A DNA stretch of 45,459 nucleotides from Flavobacteriales bacterium (GTDB lineage Bacteria > Bacteroidota > Bacteroidia > Flavobacteriales_D > CAJJDF01): positions 1 to 45,459 of the forward strand of contig JALRIS010000156.1 of the NCBI GenBank assembly GCA_023255335.1, given 5' to 3'. Numbering within the stretch: the stretch's first letter is position 1; every line of letters begins with the position of its first letter. The translations under genes were made by a program, and so were the position numbers. The notes below the pieces were generated by a model. That model was not told the origin of the DNA. It did not search any database and worked only from the letters and a program-made list of their open reading frames with translations. Positions 1 to 9,617 of the stretch are shown here, piece after piece.

Positions 1-1
1 G

Positions 2-220
2 AGAAAAGAAATAAACCAACTGATTACCGAACGAATTGGCCCAATTGCAAAACTTGATAAAATTCAATTTACCAACGGACTACCCAAAACTCGTTCGGGA
101 AAAATTATGAGAAGAATCTTACGAAAAATTGCTTGTAACGAATCTGATAAGTTAGGGGATATTTCTACTTTGCTGAATCCCGAATGTGTGAAGGAGATTA
201 TTGAAGGAGCTTTAATTTAA
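2..220 (+). CDS. acs: acetyl-CoA synthetase, C-terminal fragment (5' end lies outside the window)
   Basis: Frame-2 translation [44 protein letters not shown]...[16 protein letters not shown]. The [11 protein letters not shown] core is typical of AMP-forming acetyl-CoA synthetases. TAA at 218-220. Confidence 0.85.
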   Translation, partial: RKEINQLITERIGPIAKLDKIQFTNGLPKTRSGKIMRRILRKIACNESDKLGDISTLLNPECVKEIIEGALI

Positions 221-244
221 AAAATAAAAGCGTAAAAAGTACTT

Positions 245-268
245 GTCATTCTGCACTGATGCGGAATC
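245..268 (+). repeat. REP-like palindromic element, copy A (GTCATTCTGCACTGATGCGGAATC)
   Basis: Imperfect hairpin ATTCTGCA/TGCGGAAT preceded by GTCA. Intergenic between convergent acs and msrA. Related copies at 300, 36789, 36864, 37771 and 39012. Confidence 0.7.
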
Positions 269-299
269 TGTTAATTAACATCCTTGTGACTAATAAACA

Positions 300-324
300 G
301 ACCCTGAATTAAGTTCAGGGTGAC
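300..324 (-). repeat. REP-like palindromic element, copy B (GACCCTGAATTAAGTTCAGGGTGAC)
   Basis: Perfect 8-bp stem ACCCTGAA/TTCAGGGT followed by GAC. Inverted relative to copy A, 31 nt away. Confidence 0.75.
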
Positions 325-340
325 AGTGCATGTTACAAAT

Positions 341-1027
341 TTACTTCACCCACTCAGGAAAATCCTTTTTAAATCGATTTAATCTTGGAACTGAAACCAC
401 TCTGATGTAGGATTGATTTGGGTGTAGCCTTTCATAATCTTGGTGATAATCTTCGCCCATCCAAAACTTCTCAAACTTTTTGACCTCTGCTGCTGGTTTT
501 AGTCCTTTGGTCTTTAATTCGGCAATCTTTGTTTCAATAATTTCTTTTTCACTAGCCTCCGAATAAAAAACAATACTCCGATATTGGCTGCCATTATCGG
601 GACCTTGGCCATTCACTTGTTCTATATTTTGTGTACCAAAATAAATGTCTACTAACTGCTTAAAACTAATTACCGAAGAATCATACACCACTTCTACAGC
701 CTCTGCATGGCCAGTTTTTCCGGTATTGCTTGATTCGTAAGTTGGGTTTTTTGTGTGACCTCCAGAGTAACCCGAATACACTTCTTGCACCCCTTTGGTG
801 TGTTCATAAATTGCCTCTACACACCAAAAACATCCACTTGCAAAATGTGCTTTGGTTAACTTCTCCGGATTCAAATAAAGACTCTCTTTTGGCGCCTCTG
901 CCTTCTGTACCGCCAAGGTCTCTACTTTTGGTTCGGTATCGGATACACCCGTATCGGAGTGAACTTTGCTGGAATTGCAGGAAATAAATAGGCAACTTGC
1001 AAAGGAAGATAAAATGAGAGTTTTCAT
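341..1027 (-). CDS. msrA: peptide-methionine (S)-S-oxide reductase MsrA, exported or lipoprotein form
   Basis: GCFWCVEAIY catalytic motif and conserved YSGGHTKNPTYE...GHAEAV...QYRS. The ATG at 1027 gives the signal peptide MKTLILSSFASCLFISC. The longer ORF to 1084 is an unlikely extension. Confidence 0.9.
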   Translation of the reverse strand: MKTLILSSFASCLFISCNSSKVHSDTGVSDTEPKVETLAVQKAEAPKESLYLNPEKLTKAHFASGCFWCVEAIYEHTKGVQEVYSGYSGGHTKNPTYESSNTGKTGHAEAVEVVYDSSVISFKQLVDIYFGTQNIEQVNGQGPDNGSQYRSIVFYSEASEKEIIETKIAELKTKGLKPAAEVKKFEKFWMGEDYHQDYERLHPNQSYIRVVSVPRLNRFKKDFPEWVK

Positions 1028-1119
1028 AAAATACATAGTTTGACTTGTGAAACGAATGTAGGCCATAATCCTTACTAATTCCATAAAAGTTAGGTTTGAT
1101 TTGTAACAAACTTGTTTTT

Positions 1120-1154
1120 TAGTTGCATATACAACTAAATTGTATTTACCTTTG
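1120..1154 (+). promoter_or_regulatory. putative promoter with overlapping operator for the MarR-efflux operon
   Basis: Inverted arms TAGTTG-N6-CAACTA at 1120-1137 overlap a TTG (1123-1125). A Bacteroidota-type -7 box TACCTTTG (TAnnTTTG) lies at 1147-1154, 21 nt downstream. Confidence 0.45.
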
Positions 1155-1158
1155 TTAC

Positions 1159-1629
1159 GTGAATGAAAAAACCCACATAGAATTTAAAAATTCACTTGGT
1201 CCTTGGATAGGAAGAACAATGAAATTGATCGAAAACAAGATTGAGGACATTTTGGCCGAAAACAAAATAGACTTGAGCAGAATGCAATTTGTTGTTCTCA
1301 AAACGATAGAAGAAAATGAAGGAATTTCTCAAAACGAATTGGCGCATTTTGCAAACCGAAACAAATCTTCACTCACCCGAATGATAAACACTCTTATTTC
1401 CAAAGGATTTATCACAAAATGTTCGTCCAAAGAGGACAAACGCAAAAACCATATTCACCTCACAAAATCGGGGGAGAACGTATTAGAAAAAGCAATTCCA
1501 CACTTTAGAAAAATGGCCCACACCATTGAAGAAAACTTAACTCCAAAAGAGATAGAACAAACAAAAGCAATACTAAAAAAAATTCAAGAAAACGTATCTG
1601 GACAAAAAGCTGGTCCTCTTTTTAATTAA
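1159..1629 (+). CDS. MarR family transcriptional regulator
   Basis: Winged-HTH region GISQNELAHFANRNKSSLTRMINTLISKGFI...DKRKNHIHLTKSG. The start is uncertain. GTG 1159 keeps the conserved N-terminal LGPWIGRT helix. Alternatives are TTG 1123 and ATG 1219. Confidence 0.8.
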   Translation: MNEKTHIEFKNSLGPWIGRTMKLIENKIEDILAENKIDLSRMQFVVLKTIEENEGISQNELAHFANRNKSSLTRMINTLISKGFITKCSSKEDKRKNHIHLTKSGENVLEKAIPHFRKMAHTIEENLTPKEIEQTKAILKKIQENVSGQKAGPLFN

Positions 1630-1635
1630 ATTTTT

Positions 1636-2748
1636 ATGAAAAAAGCAATTCAAATCCCGTTGGCAATTGCCATCATAGCAGCCGCAATTGGGCTAAAAAA
1701 AATAATGGAAAGCACGAAAAAAACTCCCGATAAAAAAACTGAACAGACTCTAAAATTAGTGTCCGTGGAAAGAATAAAAAACACCACGTTGCCCATTCAG
1801 ATAAAAAGTACAGGGTCTATTCTTGCCAAAGAACGCACGGTTCTCTACTCCGAAGTGCAAGGAGTTTTTCAACAAACCTCAAAACCTTTTAAACCTGGAG
1901 TAAGATATTCTGCGGGACAACCTCTGATCCAAATTAATAACTCAGAATTTTCGGCATCTGTCAAGTCACAAAGAATTAACTTCAAAAGCCTAATTACGGG
2001 TACTTTGGCAGATGTCCAATTCGATTATCCGGATGAATTAACTACTTGGAAAAAATATGTTGAATCTATCAAGGCAGATAAACCTCTGCCCAGTTTACCC
2101 AAAACATCAAACGATAATTTTTCGAATTACCTCTCAGGAAAAGGAATTACGACCAATTACTACTCTATCAAAAATCTCGAAACTCGATTGGCCAAATACA
2201 CGCTCACGGCTCCATTTTCTGGAGTTTTAGTGGAGGCCAACATTACTCCTGGAACCTTAGTATCTCCGGGTCAAAAGTTGGGTGAATTTATAAAAACTGG
2301 AGTGTATGAATTAGAATTAAATGTAAACGCTGGCTTATCTGATTACCTTCAACTTGGTAAAAAAGTAACACTCTTTACCACAGATAAATCTCAACAATTG
2401 GAAGGTAAAGTTACCCGGGTAAACTCTCAAATCGACCGAGCTACACAAACCATTCAATTGTTTGTGGAAGTAATCTCCCCTGAATTAAACGAGGGCGAAT
2501 ATTTAGAAGCCGATATCAACGCTCAAAATGTGGAGGATGTCTGTGAAATTCAAAGAAGTTTGATCATCGATGAAAATTATGTCTTTGTGTTGGAAAATAA
2601 TTCGCTTCACAAACAAAAAATATCCATCGTTCATTCGAACGAAAATTCATTGATTGTGAAAGGTTTGAAAGACTCTTCGCTTCTTGTAACTGTGCCAGTA
2701 GCTGGAGGATATGAAGGAATGAAAGTAGCTGTACAAAACAACCTCTAA
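1636..2748 (+). CDS. efflux RND transporter periplasmic adaptor subunit (MFP/HlyD family)
   Basis: N-terminal membrane anchor and lipoyl/beta-barrel-type segment APFSGVLVEANITPGTLVSPGQKLGEF. Lies directly upstream of the RND permease. Confidence 0.85.
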   Translation: MKKAIQIPLAIAIIAAAIGLKKIMESTKKTPDKKTEQTLKLVSVERIKNTTLPIQIKSTGSILAKERTVLYSEVQGVFQQTSKPFKPGVRYSAGQPLIQINNSEFSASVKSQRINFKSLITGTLADVQFDYPDELTTWKKYVESIKADKPLPSLPKTSNDNFSNYLSGKGITTNYYSIKNLETRLAKYTLTAPFSGVLVEANITPGTLVSPGQKLGEFIKTGVYELELNVNAGLSDYLQLGKKVTLFTTDKSQQLEGKVTRVNSQIDRATQTIQLFVEVISPELNEGEYLEADINAQNVEDVCEIQRSLIIDENYVFVLENNSLHKQKISIVHSNENSLIVKGLKDSSLLVTVPVAGGYEGMKVAVQNNL

Positions 2749-2760
2749 ACCAGTAGAAGA

Positions 2761-5700
2761 ATGAAAAATTTACTCGCCTATTTTATCAAATACCCTATTG
2801 CTGGATGGATTATTGTCATTGGTTTCCTCCTTTTTGGATACTTTGGGTTTACAACACTCACTTCGTCATTTTTTCCATTATCCGAATCCAGAATTATAAC
2901 CATTAACTTAGCTTATCCGGGTGCTTCTCCTCAAGAAATGGAAGAAGGTATTGTCTTAAAAATTGAAGAAAACTTAAAAGGGATTGAGGGAATAGATCGA
3001 GTTACCTCTAAATCTTACGAAAATTCTGCAGCCGTTACCATCGAAACCTACAAAGGATATGACACAGACATTATCTTGGCAGAAGTGAAGAATGCCGTAG
3101 ACAAAGTGCCGAGTTTTCCCAGCGGAATGGAACCTCCAGTTATAGCCAAGCAAGAAGCTACCAGACAAACCATAACTTTTGCCGTAAGCGGAAACGGAAT
3201 TCCACTAAAAGTGCTAAAACAAAAAGCACAAATCATTGAAAAAGAATTGCTGCGGATGGAAGGGATTTCGCAAGTTTCTATTTCGGGATTTCCAGATGAA
3301 GAAATAGAAATCGCAGTAACCGAAGCAAACTTAAGGGCTTATGGATTGAGTTTTCAGCAAGTAGCTACTGCTGTTGCGCAAAACAGCTTAATTACTACAG
3401 GGGGCTCCATAAAAACCAAGGCAGAAGAGTATTTAATTAGAGCTAGTAGCAGAGCTTACTACGCGAATGAACTAGAAAATATCGTGGTGAAGTCCTCTCC
3501 AGATGGAAATGTTGTCTTATTAAAGGAGGTGGCAACCTTGCGAGACAAATTCAATGAAAATCCGAACGGACTATATTTTAACGGAGATAAAGCAGTGAAT
3601 ATTACCGTTCAGAATACCAATAGCGAAGATCTAATTTCAGCAGCAGAAAAAGTGAAAGCTTATGTATCAGAGTATAACCTCGCTTCTGATGACGTGGAAC
3701 TACATGTAACCTCAGATTCCTCTATTACGCTAACCCAACGAACGGACTTATTGCTAGAAAATGCCATTGTGGGAATGTTTTTAGTTCTCTTGATTTTGTC
3801 CATCTTTTTGAAACCTAGAATTGCCATGTGGGTGGCGTTCGGACTTCCTATTTCATTCTTGGGAATGTTCGCCATTGCAGGCCAGTTTGATGTAACAATC
3901 AATGTTCTTTCCTTGTTTGCTATGATTATCGTTATTGGAATTTTGGTGGATGATGGAATCGTTATTGCCGAAAATATATTCTCTCACCATGAAAAAGGTA
4001 AAACACCCGTAAGAGCCGCAATTGACGGAACTTTGGAGGTTATTCCTCCTATCATTTCCGCCATACTTACCACCATGCTTGCCTTCTCTACATTCTTGTT
4101 TTTGGATGGTAGGATTGGGGAGTTTTTTGGGGAAGTCTCTGTTATTGTTCTACTTACTCTTTCGGTTTCTTTGATAGAAGCCCTCATTATCTTGCCCTCG
4201 CACATTGCTCACTCCAAAACACTACAAAAAGGAACCAAACCTTACAAGTTCAACCTGAAAGCAGAGCAATTTATGAATTACCTGAGAGACAATTTGTACG
4301 AACCGGTTCTCAATTTTTTCTTGCGATATAAACTTATTGGTTTTGCCATTATGCTTGGGTTACTCATTTTTACCATTGGAGGGATTAGTAGCGGAATTAT
4401 TCGAACTACTTTTTTTCCACAAATAGCCAGCGATAGAGTACAAATAACTCTGAACATGCCACAAGGAACCAACGAAAACGTGACAGATTCACTTATTTCG
4501 AACTTGGAAAAAAGTGTGTGGCAAGTAAACGAGAAATTCAAAAGCAAACAAGAAGGAGGAGATTCTGTTGTATTAAATGTAATCAAAACGATTGGTCCGG
4601 GATCTTCTGTTGCCTCCCTCACAGTAAATTTATTACAAGGTGAGCTAAGAAATGTTTCTTCTCCAGAAATAACCAATGCCATTCAAGATACAGCCGATGA
4701 AATCCTGGGAGCTGAAAGTTTAGTTTTTGGTTCGGGCGCAGTGTTTGGAGGTTCTCCTATTGCGGTTTCATTGTTAGGAAATAACATCAACGAAATAAAA
4801 GCTGCAAAACTAGAATTGAAAGAGGCTCTTGCTCAACTTGATGGGATAAAAGACATCACCGACAATGATCCTCAAGGAATAAAAGAATTAACGGTCACTT
4901 TAAAACCAAATGCCTACCTCCTAGGATTTACCCTAAACAATGTTATGAGTCAGGTAAGAAGTGCCTTTTTTGGTGCTCAGGCTCAGCGTTTTCAGCGAGG
5001 AGAAGACGAAATAAAAGTGTGGGTGAGGTATGATGAAAAAGAAAGAAAATCTATCAATAACCTCCACAACATGCAACTTGTTTCCAATTCGGGCGAAAGA
5101 GTGCCTTTTCAAGAAATTGCCGAATACAAAATAGCGCGAGGAGAAATCTCAATAAACCACCTAGAAGGACAAAGAGAAATTCAAGTAAAAGCAGATTTGG
5201 TGGATCCAAAAGCCAGTGCAACTGAATATATGAATACACTCAAGAACGATATTATGCCGGGAATTTTAGCCAAATATACCAGCGTTACTCCACTGTACGA
5301 AGGTCAAAACAGAGAGGCCGTAAAAACTCAAAATTCATTAAACCCTACTGGCTGGATAATTCTAGTCTTTATTTACATTGTAATAGCCTTCACTTTCCGA
5401 AGTTACAGCCAGCCATTCGTCCTTATCGCTTTGGTTCCCTTTAGCTTGATAGGAATTGGATGGGGCCATTGGATTCATGGATTCTCAATAAATATTCTGT
5501 CTGGATTAGGAATAATAGCTCTCATTGGAATTATGGTGAACGATGGTTTGGTATTGATCAGTAAATTTAACTCTAACCTAAAACTCGGAATGAAGTTTGA
5601 CGATGCTCTAGCAGAAGCTTGCAAATCTCGATTTAGAGCTATTTTCTTAACAACCATTACCACCGTGGCTGGTCTTACTCCTCTTATTTTTGAAAAAAGT

Positions 5701-5940
5701 TTACAAGCTCAATTCCTCATACCAATGGCGATTTCCATTGTCTACGGAATTCTAATTGCCACCGTCCTTACATTGCTATTATTACCTATTTTCTTATCTA
5801 CAGTAAATAGTATAAAAGTAGGTGCTCTCTGGTTTTGGGATTCGGATAAATGGGCATTTTGGACTACTCCAAAGCCAAGTTACGAATCTGTAGAAAGAGC
5901 AGTGAAAGAACTAAATGCGGAGCACGAAGAAGAAGAATAA
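2761..5940 (+). CDS. RND efflux permease (AcrB/CzcA superfamily)
   Basis: 1059 aa with two large periplasmic loops, each followed by hydrophobic helix blocks. Conserved segments FAMIIVIGILVDDGIVIAENI and IALIGIMVNDGLVLI. Confidence 0.9.
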   Translation: MKNLLAYFIKYPIAGWIIVIGFLLFGYFGFTTLTSSFFPLSESRIITINLAYPGASPQEMEEGIVLKIEENLKGIEGIDRVTSKSYENSAAVTIETYKGYDTDIILAEVKNAVDKVPSFPSGMEPPVIAKQEATRQTITFAVSGNGIPLKVLKQKAQIIEKELLRMEGISQVSISGFPDEEIEIAVTEANLRAYGLSFQQVATAVAQNSLITTGGSIKTKAEEYLIRASSRAYYANELENIVVKSSPDGNVVLLKEVATLRDKFNENPNGLYFNGDKAVNITVQNTNSEDLISAAEKVKAYVSEYNLASDDVELHVTSDSSITLTQRTDLLLENAIVGMFLVLLILSIFLKPRIAMWVAFGLPISFLGMFAIAGQFDVTINVLSLFAMIIVIGILVDDGIVIAENIFSHHEKGKTPVRAAIDGTLEVIPPIISAILTTMLAFSTFLFLDGRIGEFFGEVSVIVLLTLSVSLIEALIILPSHIAHSKTLQKGTKPYKFNLKAEQFMNYLRDNLYEPVLNFFLRYKLIGFAIMLGLLIFTIGGISSGIIRTTFFPQIASDRVQITLNMPQGTNENVTDSLISNLEKSVWQVNEKFKSKQEGGDSVVLNVIKTIGPGSSVASLTVNLLQGELRNVSSPEITNAIQDTADEILGAESLVFGSGAVFGGSPIAVSLLGNNINEIKAAKLELKEALAQLDGIKDITDNDPQGIKELTVTLKPNAYLLGFTLNNVMSQVRSAFFGAQAQRFQRGEDEIKVWVRYDEKERKSINNLHNMQLVSNSGERVPFQEIAEYKIARGEISINHLEGQREIQVKADLVDPKASATEYMNTLKNDIMPGILAKYTSVTPLYEGQNREAVKTQNSLNPTGWIILVFIYIVIAFTFRSYSQPFVLIALVPFSLIGIGWGHWIHGFSINILSGLGIIALIGIMVNDGLVLISKFNSNLKLGMKFDDALAEACKSRFRAIFLTTITTVAGLTPLIFEKSLQAQFLIPMAISIVYGILIATVLTLLLLPIFLSTVNSIKVGALWFWDSDKWAFWTTPKPSYESVERAVKELNAEHEEEE

Positions 5941-5979
5941 CTAAGTATCAAGCGACACAAAAATTAAATTTAATAACCA

Positions 5980-7290
5980 ATGAAGTACCTTATCGTCTTA
6001 CTAGCGTTTTCGCTTTTGTCACAAAAAACTATTGTTTCCCAAGAATCAATGTCTGTGGAAGATGCAATAGCCATCGCCATGAAACATAATTACGACATTC
6101 AATTGGCTACCAATGCCAATTTGCAAGCAAAGAACAACAAAAGTATCTACAATTCGGGGTTTCTGCCTTCGGCTACCGCTGCTGCAGACGGCAGGTATAG
6201 CTCCTCCAATGCCACTATTACAAACCAGGCAGGAGTAGAAACAGAAATTCCAGGAGTAGAAACCAAAGGTTATGGAGGATCCGTTGGGTTGAATTATTTA
6301 TTATTCAATGGAGGAGCGAGAAAATATCAGTACGATAAATTAAAAAATCTCTACTCACTCTCTTCGCTTCAGAAAAAAACTCAAATAGAAAACACTTTGA
6401 TAGAAGTCTACACAAGTTTTTACAACGTAGCAAGGAACCAGGAACAGTTGAAAACAGTAACAGAAGCTTTTCAAATTTCTAAAGAACGACTAGAGCGCGT
6501 TACTGCCCAACAAAAATATGGGCAAAAAACTACCTTGGATATTCTGAATGCACGAGTAGATGCCAACAAAGACAGCATCAATTTAATCAACGTGCATGTG
6601 TTGGTCGAAAACAATATGCGAAATTTAAATTTCCTCTTAGGCAGAGACATTAACACACCTTTTTTGGCAGAGGCAGACGTTACCCTGAATGAAGAGTTAG
6701 CTTACCTCGAACTACTAGAATTGTTGCGAGAAAAAAACAACGAATTGCAACAATGGGAAATTAATCAATCGATTTCAAGGCAAGAGTTAAAAATCAATCA
6801 AGCTGGTTGGCTCCCCAGTGTTTCTACTAACGTCTCCTATGGATTTAATTATAATGACAACGGACCCGCAGGGTTTTTGGCAGAACAACAAACAACAGGA
6901 GTAACTGCAGGAATAAACTTAAATTGGAATGTATTTGACGGAGGTGCCACCAAGGTAAGAGTTCAGAATGCCAAAATAGCAATGAAGACACAAGAACTTA
7001 ATCAGCGGAAAGTACAATTAAATTTAGAAAATCAGCTGGCAAAATTTTGGGCAGAGTATACTACTCAAATAGCTATCATACGCAATGAAGAAATAAATGT
7101 AGAGATCAGCAATCAAAATTTTTTAAAGTCAAAAGAACTATTTAACCTAGGAAGGATAACCTCCATTGATTTTAGACAAGCTCAGTTAAATTTTATCAAT
7201 ACTAAACTTAATCTGCTGAATGCCAAATACAACGCTAAAATTGCTGAACTTCAATTAAAAAAGTTTGCCGGGCTGTTAACTAATAATTAA
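5980..7290 (+). CDS. TolC family outer-membrane efflux protein
   Basis: Signal peptide and two OEP-type repeats (LNYLLFNGGARKY... and LNWNVFDGGATKV...). Last gene of the efflux operon. Confidence 0.85.
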   Translation: MKYLIVLLAFSLLSQKTIVSQESMSVEDAIAIAMKHNYDIQLATNANLQAKNNKSIYNSGFLPSATAAADGRYSSSNATITNQAGVETEIPGVETKGYGGSVGLNYLLFNGGARKYQYDKLKNLYSLSSLQKKTQIENTLIEVYTSFYNVARNQEQLKTVTEAFQISKERLERVTAQQKYGQKTTLDILNARVDANKDSINLINVHVLVENNMRNLNFLLGRDINTPFLAEADVTLNEELAYLELLELLREKNNELQQWEINQSISRQELKINQAGWLPSVSTNVSYGFNYNDNGPAGFLAEQQTTGVTAGINLNWNVFDGGATKVRVQNAKIAMKTQELNQRKVQLNLENQLAKFWAEYTTQIAIIRNEEINVEISNQNFLKSKELFNLGRITSIDFRQAQLNFINTKLNLLNAKYNAKIAELQLKKFAGLLTNN

Positions 7291-7349
7291 AAATATAACA
7301 CATGTCGATTTTTTTGTATAATTTACAGTAAACAAAAAAATCTGATGTT

Positions 7350-9482
7350 ATGAAAAAATATTACTTGCTGTTGTTCATGCTAGGCATTGGACAACTCTTT
7401 GGCCAGGCCATTCTTAATCAATCAATTCCTGCTACCTTGGGAGCAAACTCTACATTAAGGGCGCCCAATGGACTTACTTCTCACACAACGATAAGGGCAC
7501 ATTACATGATTTACCCAAGCGAGTTAACTGCTTTACCTATTGGAGCACAGATAGTCTCTGTAGGTTTTGTGTATGTAAATGGAGTAAATACAAATGCCTC
7601 TGGAAACCTAAAGTTTTACCTAGAAAATTCTACCGCCACCAGCAACACCAAATCCACAACTTGGACAACCGCCATCACAGGAATGGATACCTTGTATGAT
7701 GGAGCTTATTCCATCCCTATTTCAACTACACCCACAACCAGCACCATCACCCTGAGCGATACTTTTGTGTATACGGGCAATGGTATTCAGGTTGCTTACG
7801 ATTATTTGGGTTCTACCTTTGCTTCAGTTGCGGCCACTTATGACTGTAACAACTCCGTATCTGGAGACTTAAAGCTGGTTACCTCAACTTCTACTACTCC
7901 TGGAGCAGTACTTACAGGCTCTTCTAGTTGGAGACCAGGCCTCTACATTGGATATATCAATCCATTCACCAATGATATGTCGGTAGATGCACTCATTGTA
8001 GATGCAGGACATCCTAATAAAGTAATTGACACCACGCGCACCTATGCGGGTATTGTACGGAACAAATCTCAATCTACTTTGTCTTCAATTCCCGTTACCT
8101 TGGAAATAACCGGAGCAAACCCATCAGTAACTGTTCAAACCATTCCTTCGCTAGCTGCTGGAGCCAGCCAAACTTTGATTTTTACTGGTTTGTCAGGAGC
8201 AAATAGCGGAACTCAAAGTGTAAAATTATCCGTTCCCTCAGATCAATTCACCAATAATGATTCTATCGTTTTGGGCCAATCCATCAACTGCGATACCTTA
8301 AGCTGGGCCGATAATTCTGTTCCCTACACCGCCATTGGATTTAACACTGGTTCAGGGATTTTGGCAGCCAAGCACACCGCTAGTTCCGGGGTAAATACTT
8401 CTGTTAAATCTATTTATGTAAACATAGATGGAAATACCAATATTACTGGAAATCAGCTCCAAGCCGTATTGCTCGACACTGGAGGTGCGATCATTGACTC
8501 CTCAGCAGTTGTTACGGTTGCTGCTAGTCAATTGAACACAAGAGTAAACATGCCACTCACGGGTAATAACCTCATCACCACTGCCAATCCAGAATTCTAT
8601 ATTGGGATCAGGCAATATGCGAATGCAACTGTTGGGTATTTTCCTATTTCGTCACACAATCCAAGCACGGTTCCAACCGACAGATACTATGGATTTGGGC
8701 TAGCCGGAGGAACTCCCTCTGCGCCATATACTACTTTGGGAACTTTAGGAATTGGAGCTATCATAGAAGTAGAGCCTATCACTCTTTCGAGTTCTGTGGC
8801 CAATGACTCAATTTGTGAGGGAGATGCTGTTACCTTTACGGCAAGCGGAACCAGCTCAGCTCTATACAATTTCAAATCGAGCGGAACTAGTGTTCAAAAC
8901 TCCGCCTCAACCGTTTATACTACTTCGCCCACTGCCAGTATTTCTATGACTGTGGAAGGAGAATATAATACTTGCCCTATTCTATCAAATACCAAAACTA
9001 CCACGCTTGTCGTAATAGATAGCTCGGCCAATAAATTAACAGATTCTACAGCAACCGCTACCATGTCGGGAGCAAATTACCAATGGATAGATTGCGGAAC
9101 TGGTATGGCAGTACCTGGAGCAACGTCACAAGTTTTCTTGGCGCCAGTCTCAGGAAATTATCAAGTAGCCGTTTCGCTTTATAGTTGCTCGGATACCTCG
9201 TCTTGCTATTCCTTCATTGTTCCTGTTTCGAGTATCAATGAAACTACAATTGAATCTTTGAAAATATTTCCATCTCCTTCTGAAAGTATCCTAACAGTGA
9301 CCACCGATGCTATCCTTATCACTAACATTTCGATTTTAGATATCAAGGGAAGAGTCGTATGGAACTCCTCACCTCTTAACTCGCGAAGCACTATTGATGT
9401 TTCGAGTCTAAAATCGGGTGTATATTTAATTACCGTTAGTACCGAAAAAGGGAAAGAAACAAGAAGATTCATTAAACAATAA
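7350..9482 (+). CDS. secreted protein of unknown function with a T9SS C-terminal sorting domain
   Basis: Signal peptide MKKYYLLLFMLGIGQLFGQ. Thr/Ser-rich body. Cys-containing module ANYQWIDCGTG...YSCSDTSSC. C-terminal LKIFPSPSESILTV...SGVYLITVSTEKGKETRRFIKQ is typical of Por/T9SS CTDs. Confidence 0.8.
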   Translation: MKKYYLLLFMLGIGQLFGQAILNQSIPATLGANSTLRAPNGLTSHTTIRAHYMIYPSELTALPIGAQIVSVGFVYVNGVNTNASGNLKFYLENSTATSNTKSTTWTTAITGMDTLYDGAYSIPISTTPTTSTITLSDTFVYTGNGIQVAYDYLGSTFASVAATYDCNNSVSGDLKLVTSTSTTPGAVLTGSSSWRPGLYIGYINPFTNDMSVDALIVDAGHPNKVIDTTRTYAGIVRNKSQSTLSSIPVTLEITGANPSVTVQTIPSLAAGASQTLIFTGLSGANSGTQSVKLSVPSDQFTNNDSIVLGQSINCDTLSWADNSVPYTAIGFNTGSGILAAKHTASSGVNTSVKSIYVNIDGNTNITGNQLQAVLLDTGGAIIDSSAVVTVAASQLNTRVNMPLTGNNLITTANPEFYIGIRQYANATVGYFPISSHNPSTVPTDRYYGFGLAGGTPSAPYTTLGTLGIGAIIEVEPITLSSSVANDSICEGDAVTFTASGTSSALYNFKSSGTSVQNSASTVYTTSPTASISMTVEGEYNTCPILSNTKTTTLVVIDSSANKLTDSTATATMSGANYQWIDCGTGMAVPGATSQVFLAPVSGNYQVAVSLYSCSDTSSCYSFIVPVSSINETTIESLKIFPSPSESILTVTTDAILITNISILDIKGRVVWNSSPLNSRSTIDVSSLKSGVYLITVSTEKGKETRRFIKQ

Positions 9483-9498
9483 CTATCCCTGTAATGTT

Positions 9499-9536
9499 AA
9501 AACCTCCTTTTGAAAAATCAAAAGGAGGTTTTTTTA
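9499..9536 (+). terminator. Rho-independent terminator
   Basis: Perfect 15-bp stem AAAACCTCCTTTTGA / TCAAAAGGAGGTTTT with an AAAA loop, running into a T tract (9529-9535). Lies 17 nt after the stop at 9482. Confidence 0.85.
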
Positions 9537-9617
9537 TTCATAACTCACTGTGAATAGCTAATTTGTTTTCCTCAAAATTACAGCAGAGATTTAGTTACTT
9601 TTATCTAAATCTTCAAT

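Noticed and set aside
9537-9617. Possible fluoride riboswitch upstream of crcB
   Set aside because: I could not find the conserved crcB-motif core (GGNGATGG...CTGATGATGCC-like segments) or a convincing pseudoknot-forming fold in these 80 nt. An Infernal scan is needed to be certain.
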